Shown here: piece after piece, positions 9,517-17,941 of the stretch
Numbering within the stretch: the first letter of the stretch is position 1
How the letters are laid out: every line of letters begins with the position of its first letter
DNA from: Candidatus Methylomirabilis sp. bin48
GTDB taxonomy: Bacteria; Methylomirabilota; Methylomirabilia; Methylomirabilales; Methylomirabilaceae
Length of the DNA: 38,702 bases
Direction: 5' to 3'
NCBI GenBank assembly: GCA_031838355.1
Contig: JANGEZ010000081.1
Location: forward strand, 1-38,702
Program-made: the position numbers and the translations under genes
The notes under the pieces: generated by a model
The model's input: the letters and a program-made list of their open reading frames with translations, nothing else
What the model was told of the DNA's origin: nothing
The model's database searches: none

Positions 9517-10528
9517 TGATCTCCTCCTGCGCGCCGCCACCGCGCCCCTGGACGATGATCTCGCCAGCCTCCTCGAGGCGGCGCACGATGCCGACGATCT
9601 TCTGCTGTGCCGACTCCACATCCCGGAGCTTGACCGGCCCCAGATAGCTGATTTCCTCTTTGAGTAGGGCGCCCGCCCGCTCAGACATATTCGTGAAGAT
9701 CTTCTCCGCCACCTCCGAGTCTATCGCCTTCATCGCAAGGGCCAACTCCTTCTGATCCACCTCCTTGAGGACGCGCTGGATGCCACGGTCATCCACCCGC
9801 ACCACATCATCGAAGGTGAACATCAGTTTGCGGATCTCGTCCGCCATAGAGGGATCGCTCTCCTGTATGGCCTGGAACACGCCGCGTTCACTGTTCCGAT
9901 CCATGGCGTTCAGAATCTCCGCCGCCCGCGGGATCCCGCCGCTGATGGAGACCTCCTGGTTGACCACGGAAGCGAGGCGGTGGTTCAGAATCTGCTCGAT
10001 CTCGCCGATCACCTCGGGGTGTGTCTTGTCCATGTTGGCGATCCGCATGACCACGTCCGCTCTGATCTCCTGCGGCAGGCCTACCAGCACGCTGGCCGAC
10101 GCCTTCGGATCCAGGTGGGAGAGGACAACCGCGATGGTTTGCGGGTGCTCCTGCCGGACTGAGTCAAGCAGGAACCGGGGATCCACCGGTTTGAGGGCGG
10201 TGAAAAAGCTGGCGCCCCTCAGGCCTTGCAGGCGCCCGATCATCTCGGTCGCCCTCGTTTTGCCGAGGGCCTTTTCGAGGACCTCCTGCGCGTAGCGGAT
10301 CCCGCCACTGGACAGCGACGCCTGCGCGTGGGCCATCTGCCGGAACTCATCGATCACCGCGGTGGACGCATTCACAGAGACGGTCTTCATCCGGGTGAGC
10401 TCGGCGGTGATGGTCTCGATCTCCTCGTCGTCGAGATGCTTGAAGATCTGGGCGGCGGGCTCAACCCCAAGCGTCAGCAGCAGCACGGCGGCCTTCTGGG
10501 GACCAGTGAGCGTCTCGATGGTCGTCAT
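9509..10528 (-). CDS. fliG: Flagellar motor switch protein FliG
   Basis: LTGPQKAAVLLL, GGIRYA, EHPQ motif, GG linker, MFTFDD motif, NMSERA...GPVKLRDVE.AQ. Full length. Confidence 0.97.
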   Translation of the reverse strand: MTTIETLTGPQKAAVLLLTLGVEPAAQIFKHLDDEEIETITAELTRMKTVSVNASTAVIDEFRQMAHAQASLSSGGIRYAQEVLEKALGKTRATEMIGRLQGLRGASFFTALKPVDPRFLLDSVRQEHPQTIAVVLSHLDPKASASVLVGLPQEIRADVVMRIANMDKTHPEVIGEIEQILNHRLASVVNQEVSISGGIPRAAEILNAMDRNSERGVFQAIQESDPSMADEIRKLMFTFDDVVRVDDRGIQRVLKEVDQKELALAMKAIDSEVAEKIFTNMSERAGALLKEEISYLGPVKLRDVESAQQKIVGIVRRLEEAGEIIVQGRGGGAQEEIID

Positions 10529-11370
10529 GATCCTCTGTGCACACGCCGAGACGGTGCCCACGCGGCGCGCTCGTCTCCAATCAGATCGTCCCGCGTGAGT
10601 CGTCTCCGCTGGAGCCTCTCCAGCATCCGTGTCAGGCCGGAGGTGTGAATCTGCGACACACGCCCTTCGGACACCCCCATTCGCACGCTGATGGGCTTGA
10701 TGCTGACACCCTGCACGTAGTACAGTGTCAGCACCAATCGCTCCTGAGGCGGGAGTGTGCCAATCATGGCCCTCAGTACCCTCGCGTGCTCACACACGAC
10801 GGCCTCGCTGAACGGATCTCGACACGCCCTGTCTGCCGGCTCTGTCGTCCAGCACTCGTCATCACGCAGATCCTCCGTCGGCTTCTCCGGCACCCCCTCA
10901 CTGAGTTCATCAAGCGAGAGGAAGACTGGAGGGACGATCTGACTCGCACGTCGGCAGTAGGCGGCCAGCGACATCCCAAATGCACACGCCAGTTCCTCAT
11001 CGGTCGGCTCTCGTCTCAGACGCGACTGCAATGAGGCTCTGGCGCACGTGATCTTCTGCGCCTGCGCCCGGAACCAGCGGGGCATGAAATCCTGCCTCCT
11101 CAGATCATCGAGCATTGCCCCACGAATCCGATACTGCGCATACGTGGCGAACTCCGCCAGCTGTTCCGGGTCGTAGCTCTCGACGGCACTGAGCAGACCG
11201 ACCGCGCCGGCACTTTCCAGATCGCCCAACTCGACACACGAGGGCAGTTGTAGCGATAGCCGCCCGGCGATCTTCCGCACGAGGACGATGTTGGCCGTGA
11301 TCAGCAGGTCCCTCAACCGTGGATCCCTCGTCCGTCGGTAGGCGTTCCAATCTTCTCGCGTGATCTCCAT
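10525..11370 (-). CDS. fliA: RNA polymerase sigma28 factor (FliA/WhiG family)
   Basis: DLESAG.VGL..AV..YDP....F.TYA..RIRGAMLD.LR..D..PR; region 3 L.REPTDEELA; region 4 LP.QERLVL.LYY...MGVSEGRVSQIH. Confidence 0.93.
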   Translation of the reverse strand: MEITREDWNAYRRTRDPRLRDLLITANIVLVRKIAGRLSLQLPSCVELGDLESAGAVGLLSAVESYDPEQLAEFATYAQYRIRGAMLDDLRRQDFMPRWFRAQAQKITCARASLQSRLRREPTDEELACAFGMSLAAYCRRASQIVPPVFLSLDELSEGVPEKPTEDLRDDECWTTEPADRACRDPFSEAVVCEHARVLRAMIGTLPPQERLVLTLYYVQGVSIKPISVRMGVSEGRVSQIHTSGLTRMLERLQRRRLTRDDLIGDERAAWAPSRRVHRGS

Positions 11371-11377
11371 GTGCTCT

Positions 11378-11566
11378 CTACACCTTCACGTCAACAATCG
11401 ACCCCGGCTCGTCCGGCAGACGTTGCGGCTGGAGTGGTTTCATGGTGTCGAGAGCCTTCGTGCGCACGCGGATCGCATTGAGCGCCGCGCGCTCAGCAGG
11501 ACTCAGGAGGTGTCTGAGCCCTGCGGCCTGAGTGGACTGGGAATGATCGACTGGCTGGATTGACAT
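11378..11566 (-). CDS. Small protein ending in GSIVDVKV (YjfB-like, motility-associated C-terminus)
   Basis: AAGGAG RBS; 62 aa; ends 7 nt before fliA; G..(I/V)D..V terminus. Confidence 0.5.
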   Translation of the reverse strand: MSIQPVDHSQSTQAAGLRHLLSPAERAALNAIRVRTKALDTMKPLQPQRLPDEPGSIVDVKV

Positions 11567-11628
11567 TGTCGGCTCCTTGTTGCCAAGCCGCTACCAACGG
11601 TACGTAGCGTGATTGATGGCGATGATGA

Positions 11629-12795
11629 TCATGCCGGCGCGTGTGCCGCGTCGATGTCTTCTTGACGCAGGGAGCCGAGACCGGTGCACTCGTCGCGCCG
11701 CGTGGCGCACGCCTGCTTGATCGCCACGCGCAACTCGTGGGGGTTGAAGGGCACCTGGAGGACGACGGTGCTGTCGGTGGCCACGAGGTCCGAGTCGGTG
11801 GTGATAAGGATGATCGGGAGGTCCGGCTGGCGCTGCCTCAGGCACTCCTCGAGCTGATCGGTGATGACGAGGTCGCACGCCTTGAGCGCCAGGGCTTCGA
11901 TGCTGAGGCCGTCCGTGACGGCGGCCACGCCGGTTGGGCGATGGCCTATCGCCTCAAGCAGCTCACACAGCAGCTCGCGCATGGGTGTGTTGCGGTGAAT
12001 GACGAGGATTGACTTCGACGAGCAGAGGCACGGGGACGGGGTGAGAGACACGTGAGGTGACGCAGGCGGCGCCTGGCCTACCGCGGCGGGGAAGCGCATG
12101 GTGACTGTTGTGCCCCGCCCTGGCTCGCTGTCAATGCGCAGCGTGCCCCCGTGGGCGTCGACGATCGATGTGACAATGGCGAGCCCCAGGCCGCTGCCGT
12201 TGGCCTTCGTGGTGAAGCCGTCCTTGCAGCAGTGGGCGAGGACCTCGGGGGGCATGCCCGGACCCGCATCCGACACGGCCAGGTCCACCCAGGAGTCGGT
12301 CGAGGAGGCCGACAGGTGGATACGATCACCCGGTCTTACGGCGGCGAGGGCATTGAGGAGGAGGTTGATGAGCGCCTGGCACAGATGCTGGCGATCACCG
12401 AGGATGACCCGGGCTGGAAGCACTTCGAGCTCTAGGCTCACAGGGTTATCGCGCACCGTGGCTTCGATGGCGGTCCACGCCTCGAGGACGAGCCCCATCG
12501 GTGGTACTGGATGGCGACTCGGAAGCCGGCTGCCACCGTTCAGAGACTGCCGCAGGGCGCTCAGGATGGCGCTCGCGTGCACCGTGGCGTGTGTGACGGC
12601 TTGGGCGCACTCGGACATCGGCCCGTTCACGCCGTCGAGGAGCGCGAGGCGCTGCGCATGGTTCGACACGATCGTCAGGGCGTTCGCGATTTCATGCGCG
12701 GCCCGGCGAGCGACATGAACGGAGGGGCAGTCATGAGGGGATGAGCCATGGGATGAGGGTGTGCTCGTGGTGTGTACGACATCGTTGTGCATCAT
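11629..12795 (-). CDS. Cytoplasmic sensor-less histidine kinase with degenerate C-terminal receiver domain
   Basis: H-box AAHEIANAL, N-box QALINLLLNA, D.GPGM, FTTK..GSGLGL, G.GT. The REC keeps DLVITD but lacks the N-terminal acidic pair and is shortened. Confidence 0.85.
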   Translation of the reverse strand: MMHNDVVHTTSTPSSHGSSPHDCPSVHVARRAAHEIANALTIVSNHAQRLALLDGVNGPMSECAQAVTHATVHASAILSALRQSLNGGSRLPSRHPVPPMGLVLEAWTAIEATVRDNPVSLELEVLPARVILGDRQHLCQALINLLLNALAAVRPGDRIHLSASSTDSWVDLAVSDAGPGMPPEVLAHCCKDGFTTKANGSGLGLAIVTSIVDAHGGTLRIDSEPGRGTTVTMRFPAAVGQAPPASPHVSLTPSPCLCSSKSILVIHRNTPMRELLCELLEAIGHRPTGVAAVTDGLSIEALALKACDLVITDQLEECLRQRQPDLPIILITTDSDLVATDSTVVLQVPFNPHELRVAIKQACATRRDECTGLGSLRQEDIDAAHAPA

Positions 12796-12828
12796 TACGA
12801 CCTCCTGATTTCCGGTTCTTGGATAATT

Positions 12829-13293
12829 TCACACAGCAGCGGCGCCGGGCTGCACTGGACTCTTGTCCTGTGCGCTCGGCCGACGCAGCCACGCCAGGGC
12901 GCGATCGAGTACTGTGGGCTCACGGAGGGAGTCCGGTTCCTCAGGCTGAGAAGGCCAGATCGTCCCCCCGCGCTCTGATTCGCGAATGCACATGACCCGC
13001 CTTGCGGACACGATGAGCCTTTGTCTGCCAGCGCCGTCCTTGCCGATCCAGCGGTCTTGGTGGAGGCTGCCGTCAACCGCGACGATATCGCCCTTGCGGA
13101 GCAAGGCGCAGGAATCCGCGACGGCGTCGAAGCCTGTGACGTCAATGAAGGAGGTGATGGACTCGCCAGCCAGGGTGCGGCGTGACACCGCCACCCGGAA
13201 GCTCACGACAGGCCGGCCCTTGTGGGTATGGCGGCGCTCCGGCTCCGTGCTGATGCGACCGGAGAGCGTGACGCGATTCACAGAGAGAGACAT
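12829..13293 (-). CDS. ssb: Single-stranded DNA-binding protein
   Basis: VNRVTLSGRI..EPE.R.T..G..V..F.VAV.R...FIDV..F...LRKG..V.V.GSL....W OB-fold; no acidic C-terminal tail. Confidence 0.9.
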   Translation of the reverse strand: MSLSVNRVTLSGRISTEPERRHTHKGRPVVSFRVAVSRRTLAGESITSFIDVTGFDAVADSCALLRKGDIVAVDGSLHQDRWIGKDGAGRQRLIVSARRVMCIRESERGGTIWPSQPEEPDSLREPTVLDRALAWLRRPSAQDKSPVQPGAAAV

Positions 13294-13313
13294 AATAGTG
13301 GACTCCTTTCTGA

Positions 13314-13928
13314 CTAGGGTTGGCGGGGCAGGGCGGCCGAGCCTGGCCGCGCGGCCCGAACCTGCTCCTCAGCTCCTACGAGGAGCTTCTGGTTGATCCG
13401 GATAGGCTTCAACGCCAGCCCGACAAAGTACACGCAGGTCGCGTCGGCCCCCTCGGTCGGTGAGAAGATCTGCACACCCTCAGAGTTGCTCAGCAGGTCC
13501 TGGTTGAGATGGGTCTGCCCACTCTGGCGAATGAGATCACTGATCGGCGTCAGCATCGACCGCTCCATGGTCATCGTCGCCCTGAGACAGCGCTTGCCAG
13601 AATCCGCCTGTGGACATCGCAGCAGACGATTCAGCCTGGGCGCCCGTGAGAACTCAATGGTGTACTGTCGCGGCTGTTGGCCCTCGACGAGCGTTAGGCC
13701 GAACTCGCTGGCCTTCTGGGCCACACAGCTGATGATTGGCTTCAACTGCGGGTCTTCCAGCGTCTGCTTGTCTCCGCCGATCCACACGCGAGGAGTGCCG
13801 GCGAGGCTGGACGTGGACGCCGAGGGTGTCGACTGCGAGGGGCTGGATTGCGCCGGGGAGACGGCAGGGGCCATGGAGAGCACCAGGCACGTGACGATCG
13901 AGACGATGGTCGGAGTGAATACGTTCAT
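13314..13928 (-). CDS. Hypothetical secreted protein
   Basis: AAAGGGAG RBS before ATG 13928; signal peptide followed by a Ser/Pro-rich linker. Confidence 0.6.
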   Translation of the reverse strand: MNVFTPTIVSIVTCLVLSMAPAVSPAQSSPSQSTPSASTSSLAGTPRVWIGGDKQTLEDPQLKPIISCVAQKASEFGLTLVEGQQPRQYTIEFSRAPRLNRLLRCPQADSGKRCLRATMTMERSMLTPISDLIRQSGQTHLNQDLLSNSEGVQIFSPTEGADATCVYFVGLALKPIRINQKLLVGAEEQVRAARPGSAALPRQP

Positions 13929-14268
13929 CAGGCATCTCCCTTTCACGGGTGCGGGATCACACTCTTCAAGAGATCTATACGATGTGCTCGTCGAAATGAC
14001 CGGGCTTACACTTGAGACACAGGCTGCGTGCCTCGGCAGGTTGCCGTCCACAGCTTTTCCTCAAGTGTGAGCACTTCGCCGTCCCCGCTATTTCGCAGGC
14101 TTTGCGGCTTGAGGGCCTGGTGTGTCTGAGCCGTCCGTGATAGTCTGCGCGCTCCGCTCCTTGTGATCCGATACACCCTCACGCTGTCGGCACGTGATGT
14201 ACAGGCTGCCCTGCTGGGGGATCTCGGCGGTGGCGACCGATTTCCATTCGCAGGCAACTGTGTTGCGG

Positions 14269-17200
14269 TTATCTCGCCGTTACCGTGACAGCCGTGGGCG
14301 GAAGCACCGCGACGCCTGATGGATCTGTGACATAGGCGCTGAATGCCATGCTGCCCGCCGTCTGCAGCTGATAGCGCCACTGGATTGACTTGGAACCCAT
14401 GCCTGGGATGCTGACTAACGCTGGAGTTGGTCCATAGAACTGCGCGAGCCGCACACAGCCCTCGGTCGTCATCGGCCCGGCGGTGACCGTGATCGCCTGC
14501 GTGGTCTGGTTCGCCACGGTGAGCGTGATGGTGACGCCCTGGCCCTTGGATATGGCCGTCGATGAGGCTGTCAGGGTGGCGTTGAGGGCGTATTTCACGA
14601 AGGTTGCGGTGGCTGACTTATCGGCATCCATGGACAGGGTGCAGGTGCCGCCAGTGCTCCCTTTGCAGGCGCCACCCCAGGCGCTGAAGAGCCACCCTGT
14701 GGCGGGAGTCGCCGTCAGCACAACGCCAGACTGCTGGGGGATACGTGCGGAGCAGGTTGGGCCGCATGAAATACCGGTCGGACTGCTTGTGACCGTGCCG
14801 CTGCCGGTCGTACTGACGGTGAGCGTCCGGAGCGGGACGAAGGTGGCCGTCACGCTCGCGTTGGCGTTCAGCGTCAGCGAACATCCTGGACTGACACCGC
14901 TGCACGCCCCGTCCCAACGTCCGAAGGTCCAACTAAGAGCGGGCGTGGCCGTCAGGGTCACTGACGCGCCTTTTGGGAAGGCAGCGGAGCACGTCGGGCC
15001 GCAGGCGAGGCCGGCAGGGGCGCTCGTGACCGATCCCTGGCCGATGACGGATGCCGTCAGCGTCGCCGTGGGCGGCGGGGAGGATCCTGTCGTCCAGAGG
15101 AGGGATAGCCCATTGGTCAGAGGCGTGATGGTGGTGTTGTACAGGGTCGCCTGGTCAGGCGAAAACTGGATCCCGACTGTAGCGGAGCGGCCGCCGTTGG
15201 CGACAGCGCAGGCGCCGTCAAACGTTGTGTCGCCGTAGTTGAAGAGGATGTCGCTCTTGCCCTCGGAGAAGACGGCCTGGAACGTCACGGTTGCGCTCGT
15301 ATCGTCCGGACAGGCCTGCTGCTGCACATCGCGCCATTCGACGACCAGCTCTCGGTTCGGCGCGGCCCCGAGGGTCTGAACATAGACGTTGTGCGTGGTG
15401 CCCCGGGTGGATCGCAGCGCGTCCCACCAGGGCGCGATGACGGTGGTGGCAGCGGGCAGCGGCAGGGGCTGATTAGACTCGGTGAGCCAATACGGGTCGT
15501 TGGTGAAGGAGATTGTTCCGTTGGAGCCAATCGTCATGGTCGAGAACGTCCCATCTCCGAATGTGAAGGAGAACCGGGAGGGACCATAGGCGGAGCCACC
15601 GGTACTATTAAGATTCAGACTGCTCCCGGTGATCGTCCGCCAGGCTGACGGGACGGGTGTGACAGAATAGGGCCGTAACACTTGAAAAGAAATGATCTGG
15701 CTGTTGGGGAGCGTGAGGGTGAACGTGCCTGTGGTCGTGGGGGTCCACGTGGCCGTATAGATGCCGTCCCCGGCAATCTGGTCCGGACCATTGCCGTCGT
15801 CATGGAGCGTGACGACCTCCGAGGAGCCATCGACGGTCAGCTGTACGTCCCCCGCTGGTCGGTCGCAGGCGATGTGCAGGACTGAGATCGTGACGGGATG
15901 GTTGAGGGAGGCCGTGTAGGGGGTCTGCTGTGGCGACAGGGGCGCGAGGACTTCGGTGTTGGCGCAGGTCATGGCTCCGTAGACGTTCAGCCGGCGTCCG
16001 GTGACGGTCGCGCTCATCGATGGGATCGGGTTACCTCCCGCGAGGATCAGGTTTTTGATGGCCCGCCAGTCCCGCGTCGGGTCTTGCGCTTGGAGGAGAG
16101 CGACAGCCCCGGTGACGTGTGGCGTCGCCATGGATGTGCCACTCCACGTGACAACGGGGGAGGCGCTGCCGCTCAAGGCCGTACTCGTGATGGCGACGCC
16201 TGGCGCGCCCAGGTGGACGGTGCGGGAGCCAGTAGATGACCAGGACGGCTTCGCGTCGCTGGCATCAGTCGCGGCGACGCAGAGGATATTCGGCAGGTCG
16301 TAACTGCACGGATACATGGGACGGCGGTTGTTATCGCTGCCAGAGTTGCCGGCGGCGGCGACGAACAGGATACCCCTGTCGAGGTGGGTTTGAATGGCGT
16401 CCCGGAGGGCCTGCGAGTACGCCCCGCCGCCCCAGGAGTTATTCGTGGCGATGATATTGACGCCCCGGTCCTTGAGCTGAGCGATGTAGTGCAGGCAGGC
16501 GATCGCCCCGGAATCGGTCCCCATACCATCACGATCCAGGAACTTGCAGGCGACTATGCCGACGCGCCAGGCGATCCCGGCGGTGCCGACTCCATTGTTG
16601 GCCGAGGCCCCAATGGTCCCGGCAACGTGCGTCCCGTGGCCGTGGTCGTCCATGGGGTCCCCGGTGTGCGTGAGGACATTGATGCCGTGGCAGTCATCGG
16701 CGACGCCATCGGCATCGTTGTCCACGCGGTTAGTGTCGCAGTCGAGGGGATTGCGCCATGTGTTCGGGACGAGGTCTGGGGTGGTGTAGTCGATGCCCGT
16801 GTCGATCGTTGCCACCACCACGTTCGGATCCCCGGTGGTCACATCCCACGCCCGGAGTATGCCGATGTCGGCGCCTGGCGTCCCACCCGTCTGGCCGGTA
16901 TTCGCCAGGTCCCACTGCAGGGGGAAGGAGGGATCGGTTGGTGGGGAGCTGAAGAACCGGCGATAGTAGTTCGGCTCAGCGGACAGGACATCCGGGTGCC
17001 GCCGGTAGGAGGCCAGGGCGTGCTTCACCGTCACGCCCTTTGGGAGCCGCACGTGGTGGACTCCCGCGCCGAGGTGACGCATGGTCGCACGGGTTCCCGA
17101 GAGGGCTTCCACCGCGCGCTTTGCCACGGCATCCGGCTTGAGCCGAAGGAGGACCTCACCTTCAACGTAGGCGGCGGACTTCACGGGCTGAGGAGTATTC

Positions 17201-17283
17201 GCAGGGGTGGCTTCAGCCCGTACAGAGCACGCGAGGAGAATCGCGACGAGAAGGGCACGCAAACTGCTGTGGCGAAGCGTCAC
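14269..17283 (-). CDS. Secreted S8 (subtilisin-family) serine protease with C-terminal accessory beta domains
   Basis: Catalytic triad IDTGID / HGHGTHVAG / GTSMATPHV; oxyanion AAAGN; LHDDG.GPD.IAGDGIY (choice-of-anchor X-like); two G.G.VTS.P.G..CGPTCSA...W.GAC repeats. GTG 17283 with AAGGAGGT RBS. Confidence 0.95.
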   Translation of the reverse strand: MTLRHSSLRALLVAILLACSVRAEATPANTPQPVKSAAYVEGEVLLRLKPDAVAKRAVEALSGTRATMRHLGAGVHHVRLPKGVTVKHALASYRRHPDVLSAEPNYYRRFFSSPPTDPSFPLQWDLANTGQTGGTPGADIGILRAWDVTTGDPNVVVATIDTGIDYTTPDLVPNTWRNPLDCDTNRVDNDADGVADDCHGINVLTHTGDPMDDHGHGTHVAGTIGASANNGVGTAGIAWRVGIVACKFLDRDGMGTDSGAIACLHYIAQLKDRGVNIIATNNSWGGGAYSQALRDAIQTHLDRGILFVAAAGNSGSDNNRRPMYPCSYDLPNILCVAATDASDAKPSWSSTGSRTVHLGAPGVAITSTALSGSASPVVTWSGTSMATPHVTGAVALLQAQDPTRDWRAIKNLILAGGNPIPSMSATVTGRRLNVYGAMTCANTEVLAPLSPQQTPYTASLNHPVTISVLHIACDRPAGDVQLTVDGSSEVVTLHDDGNGPDQIAGDGIYTATWTPTTTGTFTLTLPNSQIISFQVLRPYSVTPVPSAWRTITGSSLNLNSTGGSAYGPSRFSFTFGDGTFSTMTIGSNGTISFTNDPYWLTESNQPLPLPAATTVIAPWWDALRSTRGTTHNVYVQTLGAAPNRELVVEWRDVQQQACPDDTSATVTFQAVFSEGKSDILFNYGDTTFDGACAVANGGRSATVGIQFSPDQATLYNTTITPLTNGLSLLWTTGSSPPPTATLTASVIGQGSVTSAPAGLACGPTCSAAFPKGASVTLTATPALSWTFGRWDGACSGVSPGCSLTLNANASVTATFVPLRTLTVSTTGSGTVTSSPTGISCGPTCSARIPQQSGVVLTATPATGWLFSAWGGACKGSTGGTCTLSMDADKSATATFVKYALNATLTASSTAISKGQGVTITLTVANQTTQAITVTAGPMTTEGCVRLAQFYGPTPALVSIPGMGSKSIQWRYQLQTAGSMAFSAYVTDPSGVAVLPPTAVTVTAR

Positions 17284-17807
17284 CGGAGACCTCCTTTTGT
17301 TGTGAGGATGCAATTGGTTGTCTGGAAATCACCGTTCGGCTTCAGACGTACGATTTCCCAGGGCGACGTCATCACTTGAGCCGCGTGCGCTCCTGGCTTC
17401 GGCGCGGTGTCCGCTACGTCCACCAGCAGCGAGGCGGTCGCCGGATCCTCCTCGACCGACCGAATCGAGATGCTGTAGCCCGCCGTAGGCCGTTCTCCAG
17501 CGAAGATGGCGACGAGCGGGGAACGCGGGTCGATGTCTGTGGGTAGTCGCACCGAGCCGGGAAGCAACCCCGTGATGCGGGCGAGGTCCTCCAGGCGGGA
17601 CACGATGGAGCACCCTCGGCCCACCGCTGAGGCCTCAGTCCCAGCGGCGACCAGCATAAACTCACGCTGGACTCTTGTTGCCGTGACGTGCGGTGTTGCC
17701 GCGGAGGCGACGACTGTGGGGGTCGTCATGGCGGACAGGTGTGCTGGGGAGGGTGGAACTCCAAGGGCGAGAAAGAGGATAAAGATAAACTGGGACGGGG
17801 TGAGCAT
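17280..17807 (-). CDS. PrcB C-terminal-domain protein (protease complex subunit)
   Basis: VAIFAGERPTAGYSISIRSV...P.PG...AQVMTSPW.IV matches the PrcB_C pattern; GTGA-coupled to the subtilase. Confidence 0.8.
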   Translation of the reverse strand: MLTPSQFIFILFLALGVPPSPAHLSAMTTPTVVASAATPHVTATRVQREFMLVAAGTEASAVGRGCSIVSRLEDLARITGLLPGSVRLPTDIDPRSPLVAIFAGERPTAGYSISIRSVEEDPATASLLVDVADTAPKPGAHAAQVMTSPWEIVRLKPNGDFQTTNCILTTKGGLR

Positions 17808-17941
17808 TCAATACTCTCCTTTTGGGCCTTCACTGTTCGTGTCAGGGGACGCGTGATCTGGCCTGATGCCACCGAGGGCGGCAGGGGATCCTGGACATCT
17901 TCTTGCTCGTGTCGGTCTACGTACTGAGCGCGCGATCGTGC

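Noticed and set aside
814-11370. A complete flagellar or injectisome (T3SS) locus
   Set aside because: No export gate, ATPase, MS-ring, rod, hook, flagellin or motA genes in the window; the genes present are flagellar-type, not injectisome-type.
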